From NCBI RefSeq assembly GCF_035594765.1, contig NC_085841.1, forward strand, positions 319,619,402 through 319,683,401: DNA of 64,000 bases, read 5' to 3'. This DNA is from Anolis carolinensis (taxonomy: Eukaryota). The notes under the pieces are model-generated. The model did not search any database, was not told the DNA's origin, and was given only the letters and a program-made list of their open reading frames with translations. The position numbers were made by a program, and so were the translations under genes. Positions 12,135 to 23,114 of the stretch are shown here, in pieces (within the stretch, counting starts at the first letter, position 1; every line of letters begins with the position of its first letter).

Positions 12135-13016
12135 TGTACAGAACTGAGGGTGACAGGGAATGGAATCCCTTTTGAATCCCTCCGCTTGCCACCAATATGT
12201 ACAGAGGTGAGGTGTCTGACAGGAATGTGTGACAGAGATGGAATCCTTTCGATTCCACACACACTCACACAGATACCACCACTTAATAAAGATGTCTTAT
12301 GAGAGATTATGTTAATTGATTATTTGTTTGACTATCTTCTTCGCTGCCACCAATGGAAGAGACGTCAGGCAGATGGCACTGGTTCTTTTAAGCTTTCTCT
12401 ATTTGTTCCACTTTAGATGTTGATGTGGCTTAACTTAATATAAGAGTATGACAGAGGCTTAGTTAGAATAAAATCAAAATAAGTTTATTGCAGGTACAGA
12501 GCTTGATGGTTTCATATAACTTGTTAAAGGCACTTCGCTTAATGGTTACAAACGGATATGAGGTGGTCAAACCTTCAAAATATTTCTTTCTCTGGATTAC
12601 ACTAAACCCTGATCCTCCTGGATCCCCTGGGATTAACTTTCCCTAATCCATAGGCTCTATAAATGACCCTAGACAAGTCACCTAACTTGCCTAGTCTGGT
12701 CCAACTTAGATCTGACTCAAATCCTTCTATTTGAGCCAACCTGATTCTCCTCACAAGAATCAGATCCTCCACTGTGACTAGAAAATCACAGACTGCCTTG
12801 GGTTTTTAAATATTCCCCCTTTTCCTTTCCAGGCGGCGGTTAGCTCCGCCCCTGTTGCTAGGGTAACCTGTTCTAGCATTCTAAGATGGCTACCTTCCCC
12901 CACACATCATCAATTCAAATACTCACCATTTTAAACTTTAGCCAAACCTGACTGTTTAAACAAAATCCAATAAACATGTCATCTATAAACAAAATATAAT
13001 TATACACTTCTTCACA
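12135..13016 (-). repeat. 3' LTR of the Gmr1-like element
   Basis: Begins TGTGAAGAAGTGTA on the minus strand right after the polypurine tract; AATAAA at 12484-12489 (minus); ends CTGTACA at the TSD. Confidence 0.8.
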
Positions 13017-13192
13017 CACCTCCCAACCCATAAAGATTATTTTTGACTTTTCTATAACTTAGAATGGTCAAAAATAATAATGTGGATTGTAATTAAAAAT
13101 ATACAACAATACATATTAACACACTCTTAACATATAAGATCAACACATTATCATGCAACATATATAAACACAAACCTTTACTGTTGCAACCT

Positions 13193-15182
13193 CTAATACG
13201 TCCTGGAAAGTGAATCCGCTACAATGTTGTTTTTACCTTTTACATGTTTTATCTCAAAGGGGTATAAATGGTCATACTTATTTAATAATTTTCTAACTTG
13301 TTTCTGTTGACTCTGGGACAATCCCTCGTCAACCTTTACTTGCTCGCTGCTTCTATAGGCTTTCCTATTTCCTTCCCAAAAGGGAAAAGTACCTGTTTCC
13401 TCCCCCGAAATTATCATACATACATTTACAGATCTATTTATATATGGCTTTAACATATTTACATGCACCAGCTTTTCTACATTAGACTGTTCATCATATA
13501 TAGAATAGTTCACGCCACTGTGTCTTTTGATGACTTTCCACAGTCCAGTCCAATCTACTTGGAGCTTGTTGGTCTTGGTTGGTGTGAGATACAGGACCTC
13601 ATCCCCTATCTCGAAGCTCTTGCATCTGGCAGTTGAATCATAGTGAGCTTTCTGTCTTTGCTGGGCTGTCGCTTGATGTTCTTGGGCGGTGTTCCTGGCC
13701 ATTTCCATTGTTGACTGTAGATCTTTGATGTATTTGGTCACTGAAACAGGTTCCGGTCTTGGACATGCTTCCCAGAATTCTCGGATTAAATCAAGCGGTC
13801 CTCGCACTCGCCTCCTGTACAACAATTCTAAGGGGCTATAGCCAGTGCTGTCTTGGGGAACTTCCCTATAGGCAAATAATAATTGCTGGAGCTTGATGTC
13901 CCAGTCATGTGGGTGTTGCTGACTGTACGACTTAATCATGCGAACCAAGGTCTTATTTAGGTTTTCAACAAGGCCATTGGTTTGTGGATGATAGGCTGAT
14001 GATGTCAAATGCCTTATTCCACACAGTTCCAGTAATCTTTCCATTAACCTAGAAGTTAACTGGGTTCCCAAATCCGATACTAGCTCTTTAGGGTAACCTG
14101 TTCTTCCCCATATTGAGAGCAGTGCATTGGCTATGGTTGTTGTCTCGATGTTTGTTAGGGCTACTGCCTCAGGATAACGAGTTGCGTAGTCAATCATAGT
14201 CAGAATATATCTGCATCCTCTCCTACTTGGTTTGGGAAGAGGACCGATGATATCTATGCCCACTCTAGAAAAAGGTTCCCCAATTAGTGGCATTGGGACT
14301 AATGGAGCCTTAAGTTTATCTCTTCCTGAGCTGATTCTCTGGCATGTGTCACAGGATTGACAAAACCTTTTAATTTGCTGGTACATGCCAGGCCAAAAGA
14401 AATTTTTAGTGATCCTTTGAGTGGTCCGTCTAATTCCTAAATGTCCCCCTTGTGGGCTGTCATGGGCTACCTCCATCAACTGTTCTCTATACTTCTGAGG
14501 TACCACAATCTGCGTATAGGAAGCGGACATCTCTGGGGCTTTTTGATTTAAAACTTCCCTATACAAAACTCCATTTTTACTAATGAACCTGGTGGGCTTC
14601 TCTAAAGTTAAATCTTCCTCAGTGTTTTGGGCTTGCTCAAACAAAGGTTGCAATGTGTCATCAGACTTTTGCTCCTTCATGATTTCTCCTTCCCCTTCAG
14701 TCTTATTTACCAAGTCAGCTATTACAGAACTTGCCTCAGGATTTTCCTCTAAGTTCTGTTGTATAGGCAAACAGACAACTTCTTTATCAGATTTCTCCTT
14801 TTTATATTCACCCTCATCAAGAGTCTTTGGTATCTTTTTGACTTCTCTGGCAAGGTCATTTCCAATTAGGCATTTATATGGAATATCAGAACTAATAGCA
14901 AAGTCCCATACTCCTTCCCACTTGCCATATTGAACAGGTAAAGAAACCACTTCGCTTGGGATCACGGGACCCAAACCTTTTAAATTAACTTGATAAGTAG
15001 GGTGTTGGCATTTTGATGGTACTAATTCAGGTCTAATGATACAGACTTCTGAACCTGTGTCCCTCCATCCTTGTATTTGGTTTCCATCAATATTGATGTT
15101 TTCCAAATATTCATCTGAGGTTTGATCCAACAAAACAAACAGACATTGCCTCTCCTTTTGAATTTCCTTACACTTCTTCACA
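13193..15182 (-). CDS. pol: Truncated Gypsy pol: aspartic protease + integrase fused to the last RNase H motif
   Basis: Protease WRDTGSEV; integrase zinc finger AHDSPQGGHLG..CQSCDTC; DDE core GIDIIGP / VSDLGTQ / NGLVENLN; C-terminal DWTGLWKV and VHVNMLKPY; RT N-terminal helix LSQSQQKQVRKLLNKY joined to YPFEIKHVKGKNNIVADSLSR. No YxDD. Confidence 0.9.
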
Positions 15183-15373
15183 CCCACAAAAAAGCAGTAG
15201 CCAGTGACACTGTTCAAAAAGGACTTATAGTTTCCATATAGCCAGACAAGTCAGCTAGTTTATTAGCCATCAAAGATGTTGTGGAGTTTTACGAACATGC
15301 TGTGAGGGTATATTAGATAACTAGGATTTCCCACTAATTATTTAGTGGGAATCCTATTAAGCAGTTACAAATA

Positions 15374-16316
15374 CAGGTAGTTCCCAAGTTACAAACATCC
15401 AACTTACAAATGGCTCATAGTTAAGAATAGGAGTGAGACACCAGGAAGTGAGAGAAATCTGCCCCTCAGAAGAGAAATTCATTACTGATAGAGTTATCAT
15501 GTGTCTCCACTGAAGCTTTATCACCAATCTTTGTTTCTACAAAAAGCCATTTTTTTCAAAATTATCACAGGGAGAGAAAGTGAGCTGAAAACTTCTGAAC
15601 AGGGTCCCAGACAGCAAAACAAACACCACAAGGGTGTTAACACTTCCATATGCTATCCAAAGCTAAAGAATATATATATACTGTGTTTCCTCGAAAATAA
15701 GACATCCCCTGAAAATAAGAACTAGTAGAGGTTTTGCTGTATTGCCAAATATAAGACATCCCCCAAAAGTAAGACCTAGGAGGAGGAAGGCGTGTGCAGC
15801 GTGAAGGAAAAGGAGGGAAAGGGGTCTGCCTTTCCTTCTTCTCCTTTGCACCCCATGCACCTTCCTTGACAGCAGAGGCTCCCTCCAGCTCTGCCGAGGA
15901 AGGCGTATGTGACGTGAAGGAGAAAGAGGGTTCCCTCCTTCTCTTTCACACTGCACGTGCCTTCCTCGACAGTGGTGGTTCCCTCCTCCTCTGCCGAGGA
16001 AGGTGTGTGTGGCATGAAGGAGAAGGAGGGAAAGGCGGGCTCCTTTCCTTCCTTCTCCTTCGAACCATGCACACTTTCCTCGGCAGAGGAGGAGGGAGCT
16101 GTCAAGTATAAAGAAGGAATCATGAAAAAATAAGGCATCCCTGAAAATAAGACCTAGCATATCTTTGGGAGCAAAAATTAATATAAGACACTGTCTTATT
16201 TTCAGGGAAACATGGTATTTGACTAGAGTTACACTTAAAATGTACCTGTTCCGATTTACATACAAATGGGAAATAACATACAGAACCTATCTTGTTTGTA
16301 ACTTGGGGGCTGCCTG
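15374..16316. mobile_element. Tigger-like MITE (family 2) interrupted by a Tc2-like element
   Basis: TIRs CAGGTAGTTCCCAAGTTACAAACA / TGTTTGTAACTTGGGGGCTGCCTG, TA TSD. Second copy, inverted, at 22704-23114. Confidence 0.85.
15681..16215. mobile_element. Tc2/pogo-type non-autonomous element with internal palindrome array
   Basis: TIRs CTGTGTTTCCTCGAAAATAAGAC / GTCTTATTTTCAGGGAAACATGG, TA TSD, subterminal GAAAATAAGAC repeats. Confidence 0.8.
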
Positions 16317-17338
16317 TATGTAAATATCCTAGTTACAGAGCTCCACAGTAAATTTTGCGCTGAATCCCTCCCCCCCCCCCTTCCCAAGTATGGGAGAGCA
16401 ACCACTGCAATTGGCCGGGGTCCATTCCCTTTTCACTCAAGAAGCACCTGACGGATACTCTCACTTCCTTCCACCATTGTTACAGACAGAAACAGGGTCT
16501 CTATCAGAATTCCTCCTTACACTGGTGATGGTTTCTGCAAGAGGGATGGGAATGTCAGTCAGCTGCTTCTTGAGCTATGTGGAAATGGTATCCATAGATC
16601 ATGATGTCTGTTTTCCATCAAATGGGGATTGGGGGACTATCATAGTCCCCACATGCCCCCAAAACTATGACCTCCTAAAGAACTGTAAATACTATGCAAT
16701 CACCCCCTGCAACAATTTCAAATACCTCAATTTTCTCTGCAGTCCCTCTCAAAATGGTGACATGAATGGATATTTTGTTGCTTACAGTCATCATTTTGAG
16801 AGGGTCTAGTGGAAAACAGAGTCCTTTCGGGATAGTATGTGTGACTGTGGACATTTTTGCACATTTGGGAAGGCTTTCTCCATTTGGGAATAAAGACTGC
16901 CTATTGCTGTTCTAATTAATTTTGACAATTAATGAACACTACACTCACACACACACACACACACACACACACCAATTCTGCTACATATTTTCTATTGTCT
17001 CGATTTGTTGTAAAATGTGGGGATTAATTTCAATAGTAGTCTAGATAATTTTAAAAAGAATTCCTATTAGTTAGGGACCTGCATTCATTTATCCCAAACT
17101 TCTAAATTCTTTTGATTTTTATTCTTTCACACAACACATAAATGCATTATTTTATTTTTAATCACCTAATCCCATCAATATCTCTTTAAATCTTTTAGCC
17201 TTTACTGCCTCTCTGTGTGTGCTGATTTGACTATTCTCTGAGCTTTAATCATTTTCATTTTGATTGTTATTTTAAATCTTATATGCTGCTCTGGGAGTCT
17301 TTTGAATCAGGCTTGAGTTGTTAAATCTTTGTCATAAG

Positions 17339-20251
17339 CTACCGCAAATGATAAAGAAGGAAGCCAAGCACCAAGAACTAAGAGTGAACAGTTTGCCCAG
17401 ATGAATCTAGGCATGCAAATCAGGGGGGAAATGATTGGTGAAGATCTTGCTGACATCACAAAAGATGATATTCTGAGTGGGTGCCTGATACCTTGGCACA
17501 TCTCATGTGGAAGATAATGCTTTCACCCATGGATGAGGATGAGAGGAGCAGCAAGTTTTGAAGGCCAGTCATGGCAACATGTGAACACTATGTCAGAGGT
17601 ATTGTTGCAAGTTAATCTACTCCTTGTAATTCACATTTATTAGTGCTGTGTGATCTTTTAGAAATACTAAATGGGAACTAGAAATGTAACTTCATGATTG
17701 GGAGTAGTGAGGCAAATAACAATTAATTATTTTTACATACTGCAATCCTCCTAAAATGACTAACTCTCTAAAGCTGCTATTTGCAACGAGAGAGAACCTA
17801 CCATTGACGGATTAATGTTCAGTCAGAGAGCCTTATTGGAAGTTGAATGATATATTTTAATATGAAAAATGTAGTAATAACACACCTTGAATGTACATAA
17901 TGATTTAAAAGGGATTCATGCACATTATCTTGTAATTCAAAAGAGTCTGGCTTAGAGGCAGAGTACCTGCTTTGCATGGAAGAGATCCCAGGAGTGGGAT
18001 TGTACAACATTGCCATGGTCCACCATGGACTGCAAAACGATATGCCACTGTGGAAAATGGATTGCACAAATGAAAAATGAATCGGAAAGTCAATGGAGCA
18101 ATTGGTTTACAGTGAATAGCACATTATAACCAACACCATAATTATACAAGTTGTATTAGTCTTGTTTTTAGGGTTATTATGATTTCCACAAGACTTCCAT
18201 TTTTCATTTTAACATCTTGGCTTCCCTGAAGGATTATACAGAGTAATGCACTGATGAGGAGCTTACATCCGTCAAATGGAGGAGTGTAGCAACACTAGAA
18301 ATTTGGAAGAGCAGCCCCCAACTATCCACAATGAGCACGTGATAACATCACAAGAAGAGCAACCAACTCCTCCTTCGGGCAGCCAGAGAACAGCCATTGA
18401 ATACCCAGCCTTGGATTCTTCTTTGCTACCACAAGTTCCCATAGGTGCAAACCCTACGAGTGAGAGAGCACAATATTCTGCAAGAGGGGAACCAGCTATA
18501 CATGTCCCCCCACCCGTTCAAAATTCAACACTTGCCACTTGCCGGCAGATTTTTGGCCTCCTTGGCCAGATCACTGTACAGCGTGAGTATTAGAAAATGT
18601 TTATTAAGTACAAACAACATTTCCTCTACATATCCTTTCCTATTCTACGGGGTTTTTTAAAAATTAAAAATGTAAAACTTGTATTTTAAAATATATAAGT
18701 TACAGGGAGAGATCATATAATTTTGGGAAAGTTTTTGAATTATATACTCATGAAGTATTACCCCTGATTTCACTACGCATTAGTGACTTATTCCAACATG
18801 TTCATTCAAAGTACATGATGTAGTTGTATGTGTATTTACTGAGTATGGAAACATGCTTCTTGGAGGTTCTGGGAGCTGTAATAATATCAATCAAACTTTA
18901 TATCCCGCCCCATTTCCCCATGGGGACTCAGGGCAGCATACAACATAAAAGGCAACCATTAAATGCCACAGAAATAAACAATAAATTACACAATACAGAT
19001 AAATAGTTTAAACATTCAATCATAAAACAAATCATAGTAAAAGACCAATAAAACACATTCAACAACAACAATAAAACAATGTTAAAAGCCATATCCATAG
19101 TAAAAAAGCCATATCCAGAGTTAAAAGGAACTTTCGAAAGCTTTACATATGTCCTCCTAACTAGAATGTGTTAGCTGCAGAGCATGTAAGTGTATCAAAT
19201 ATTAAACAAACTAACTCCTATATTGCACATCGTTTCCCCCCACCCCCCACCAGTCTACATGCTTTACTCCGTTTAGTTGTAAATAGGATATGAAATTGAG
19301 ATGGTGATGTCTCTATCCCTTCTGTCTTATTTTTGTTGGAAATGCAACAACCATCTTTGGTTAAACAATTAAATGTGTCTAAGGGCTTATCTACACCAGG
19401 CAGTTTAATCTGGTGTAAATCTCCCCTAGATCCATCACGTTTGTACTGACTCCAGGGGTGATGTCCAGATAGCCTGGGACTCTGTCTACACCATTAGGCT
19501 ATCACGTCCTCTGTGTCACTATCATTATAGCTGGCCATGGAACTTATCTCAATATCCTTGTCATTGTTATCACCTCTGCTGATATCAGATGGGGGTGACC
19601 ATGCAATAATCAAGAAGAAGACGGGCAATCAAACCTAATCCTTGTGTTAAGACTACTCTAAAACCTTGGGATACTCCAGAGTTTCCAGCCAGTGCTCCAT
19701 TAGCACAGTGAATTTTGATTTTTGGCTCAGTGTGCATAAGCAAATAGAGCGGCAATAATATGATTAATGAATATTTCAATGACCTAAAATCTTGTGACTT
19801 ATCCACCAACCCTAATTTCTTTTACGCTGGGGTTTTAGGGATCTTGAAGAACTCAAAGAACATTTCCTTTTCTTTCTGCTTCCTTTTTGAATTTTGTGCT
19901 TGGAGCAAAGGTAAAACTAACTTTGACCCCTTCCTGTTCTAGTTTAGCTTAGTCTAGCACCGTTAGGGAGCTTTCCTGTCTCTAATGGAGTTTTTATAAA
20001 ACTGCCAATGCTTTTTAATTATAATAGTTAACTGTTCTATGCATACACTCCTTATCTATTATGGCTGGTAATAATACCAATAAGATATTCAAGGAAAAAC
20101 AACTATGTTTTTGGCAGAGGATGGCATCTTGAGAGAACTACGTGCAATGCGCAGAGAGATGCGGTTCATGAAAGGTGAACAACGTCGGACCAATGCTAGG
20201 ATGATTTCGATGGCACATGACCTTGAAGAACTCAAGGAACATTTTCTGTAG
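17339..20251 (+). pseudogene. Putative spliced gene or pseudogene: exons about 17339-17598 (decayed), 18232-18582 and 20118-20251
   Basis: Acceptor cttccctgaag|18232, donor 18582|gtgagt, acceptor tttttggcag|20118. Phase-1 junction C|AG joins two open frames ending ILRELRAMRREMRFMKGEQRRTNARMISMAHDLEELKEHFL*. The upstream part has stops and a frameshift. Confidence 0.5.
18890..19010 (-). mobile_element. L2/SINE2-type 3' tail
   Basis: tttatatcccgccccatttccccatggggactcagggcagcataca. Similar tails at about 27705-27770 and 43505-43700. Confidence 0.65.
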
Positions 20252-21612
20252 GAGTATGGGCTGAAGTAATTACTTCCACCATAGATGCAGCTTCTGCAAA
20301 CTGTTAAGAAACTTTGAGTGCATTTGTTTCTCCATGGATGTTCATTCATGTTTAGTAAACTACTTGCTGCATAAACTGTCCACTGATGCTGCATTTTAGC
20401 GTGAACCTGAAAATTCAGAATCAATATTCTATGACTCAATGATGCCAAGCATATATTTCTGTGGCCCTATGAATCCTGCTTTGCTAGAGAGAGATCAGAG
20501 AAGGTATAAAGAGCAAGGTACTGTAAATGTCTCTTTTTGATTACAATTCCAAGAATCCCAATGGATTGCAGTTTGCTGTAGCCATGCTGACTGAGAAATT
20601 CTGGGAGCTTACTGTTTCAAGTCCTATTCAAAAGTCACTATTCCAAACTATTTTATGAAAAATTTGCACACATCCACTAGGTCAGTGGTTCTCAACCTGG
20701 GGGCCGTGGACCTAGAGGGGTCGATTGGTGGTTTGAGAGGGGTTGTGTCACCACGCCCTTTGGCCCTGCCTCCTCTGCCTCCCCAGAATGGCTGCTGGGT
20801 CCCCTCTACCAAACAGCCAGACAGCATCCATGTCCACAGTGCTTCATCTCTTTCTTTATCTTTCCTCCTCCAGGTCGGCACGGAGGGGCTCCTCCTCCTT
20901 TTTCTCCAGTGGGATGGCGAGGAGTCATGGGAGGTGCTTGGAGATAGAGGTGCACATGGTGGGAGGAGGCAGGTCTCCCCTCTCCTCCCCCTTTTCTTCT
21001 CTTTCCCTTTTTCTTTTTCTTACCTCTTCCAGGTTGGCACGAAGGGGCTCCTCTTCCTCTAGTGGGATGGTGAGGAGTCACAGGAGGTGCTTGGAGGCAG
21101 AGGTGCATGCGGCGGGAGGAGGTGCCCCCTCTTTCTCCCCTTCTCTCTCTCTCCCTTTTTCTTTCTCTTGCATCCCTCTTTGCCTCCCTTTCTCTTTTCT
21201 ATCCCTTTCCTATCTTTCTGTCTTCATTCTCCTTTCTCTTCCCTTCTTTCTACCCCTTCTCTCCCTCACTTCTTGTCTCTTTTCCCCCTCTATCCCTCCC
21301 TTTTCTATTGATAATTCTTACTCTTCTCTTTACTCCTCTGTCTTCCTCCCTTTCACACCTCCCTTTCTTTCTATCCCCCCTTTTCTCTTTCTTTTCTCTT
21401 TCTGTTACTATCCCTTTCCTTTTCCTTCTCTCTTGCTTTATATCTTTCTTCCCTTTCTCTTTCTCTCTTGTGCCTCTTTCTCCCTTCCCTTTCTTATTTC
21501 TTTCCTCCTCTTTCTTCCTTCTCTTTCTCTCTCTTGTGCCTCTCTTTTTATCTTTCCTTCTGGAGCCGCCCAACATAGCCTGAACCTCAGAGGTGCCTGC
21601 ATGGAGCAGCAC

Positions 21613-22175
21613 TGCACAGGCAGAGGTGAACCAGAACAAACACCCAGCTTGTGTCAAACAGTTTAATTAAAGCAGCACTTACTGTCTGGCTGTTTTCATA
21701 CTCCAAATGTAAAGCAAAGATAGAACTCAGACACAATATAAAACAAAACTGGTAGCAAACACCAATGCAGGTTCGAGAAAACACTGTAGTCAAAAAGGAT
21801 TCGTCCAGTAGTCAAATGCTGAGAGTTCAATAATTAAATTCCAAGGATCAAGAGTCTTTACCATAGTCAGTAACCAGTCCAGTGGTCCAAGGTTCCAGGG
21901 TTCCAAGAGTTCAGGACACAGGTCAGGATACCGAAAATCCACAAACCTGGGAGGAAAACCAGCAGCATCCACAACCAAAGTAGGACAAATACTTTTCACC
22001 CTAAGATCAGTCTCCAGGATAGCTCCTTATAACCAGTTCCACTTAGCTGCATCCTATCTCTGGTATACGTCCATTCTTAATTATTTTCATCTGTAACTTT
22101 TACTTACAGATTACCCAGCGCTTTAGAACTAAGATTTACATTAACCCTTTACATCACCAGCTACTAGACCTGACA
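21613..22175 (-). mobile_element. Gypsy LTR-like segment inside the SPIN cargo
   Basis: Minus strand starts TGTCAGG..TGTAAAGGGTTAA, has ggac-type repeats and ATTAAA near the far end. Boundaries uncertain (GCAC/CCAC near-TSD). Confidence 0.4.
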
Positions 22176-22208
22176 CCACCAACCACCATTAACTGCAGAA
22201 CATGATAA

Positions 22209-22574
22209 ATGACAGGTACCTGTGACGGTGGTGATGGAGATGGCAGCAAGGGAAACCTCCCTGATGAGTCCAGGCCCAGGCCCTGCTGCAATGCTGCCAG
22301 TACCCATTTTTTGCCACATGCTGGGGGGGGGGGGGTTGGGCTCAGTAGAGGCGCTGGCAGCCTGCTGTGGCTGCTGCCAGTGTACCTAGTGGGCTGGGCC
22401 GGACTGAGTGTGGGTTTCATGGCGGTCGGCGTGGCCCTCTACCTGGGCTGGCATGGCCAGCAGAGGAGCAAGGAGCAGTCCCTGTTGGCCAGGTCCTAGG
22501 TGAAGAGCACCTTGGAATGGAGCCTGGGACAAAGCCAGCTGCTCGCCTGGGTCAGGTTCCCAGATGTTGAGAAA
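22209..22574 (+). pseudogene. ESYT1: Captured fragment of extended synaptotagmin-1 (N-terminal membrane hairpin to start of SMP domain)
   Basis: LLWLLPVYLVGWAGLSVGFMAVGVALYLGWHGQQRSKEQSL and, in the same frame after stop 22497-22499, SQLLAWVRFPDVEK. Recalled human ESYT1: LLVLIPVYLAGAVGLSVGFVLFGLALYLGWRRVRDEKERSL..RELPAWVSFPDVEK. Confidence 0.85.
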
Positions 22575-22703
22575 GATCTTTCCTTCTTTCTTTCTCTCTT
22601 CTTTCTCCTTCTTTTGTGACCCTCACCATCAGAGCAGCCTTCCACTAAAGATCCAGATCCTTGTTCAAGTCTTTGGAAATTTATCCCTCCTCTTAAGCAT
22701 ACA

Positions 22704-22806
22704 CAGGCTGTCCCCAAGTTACAAACAAGATAGGTTCTGTAGGTTTGTTCTTAAGTTGAATTTGCATGTAAGCCAGAATAGGTACATGTCTTAAGTGTAA
22801 CTCCAG

Positions 22807-22840
<34 letters not shown>

Positions 22841-23114
22841 GCTTTGAACAGCATAGGGAAGGGTTAACACCCCTGTGGTGTTTGTTTAGCTGTGTCGCTG
22901 TTCAGAAGATGTCACCTCACTTTCTGTCTTTGTGAGAATTGGATTTTGAAAAAATTGAAAACAAGGATTGGAGATAAAGCTTCGGTGGAGACACTTTTCC
23001 CCTTGATAACCCTTTCAGGAGTGAGCTTCCCTTCTTAGAAGTAGATTCCTCTCCCTCCTTGTTGTCTCAACCCCATTCTTAACTAGGAGTTGTTTGTAAC
23101 TCAGGGATGGCCTG
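22704..23114. mobile_element. Tigger-like MITE (family 2) nested in SPIN
   Basis: CAGGCTGTCCCCAAGTTACAAACA..TTGTAACTCAGGGATGGCCTG, reverse homologue of 15374-16316; internal (CA)n. Confidence 0.8.

Larger units (their letters stand above)
12135..15182 (-). mobile_element. Gmr1-like Ty3/Gypsy LTR element, internally deleted
   Basis: TG..CA termini and 5-bp TSD CCCAC (12130-12134, 15183-15187). Full 3' LTR at 12135-13016, PPT at about 13017-13031, only 14 bp of the 5' LTR (15169-15182 identical to 13003-13016). Domain order PR-IN-(RT/RH). Confidence 0.9.

Noticed and set aside
12174-12194. tRNA-Leu gene
   Set aside because: Only the 3' 21 nt including encoded CCA; no cloverleaf, so PBS-derived.
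15183-15217. N-terminal 12 residues of the 674-aa track ORF
   Set aside because: Outside the TSD-defined element; chance read-through from the flank with a non-ATG start.
15663-16265. 200-, 120- and 105-aa overlapping ORFs
   Set aside because: Produced by the palindromic repeat array inside a MITE; no domain recognisable.
20743-21666. 307-aa and overlapping F/L/S/P- or K/R/E-rich ORFs
   Set aside because: Artefacts of CT-rich low-complexity DNA that lacks stop codons.
22261-22290. CTGATGAGTCC hammerhead-like start
   Set aside because: No matching GGAC-GAAA downstream; lies within the ESYT1-like fragment.
22209-22574. Functional ESYT1 gene at this locus
   Set aside because: In-frame stop, apparent deletion, ends at the start of the SMP domain, no further ESYT exons seen, and enclosed in a transposon.
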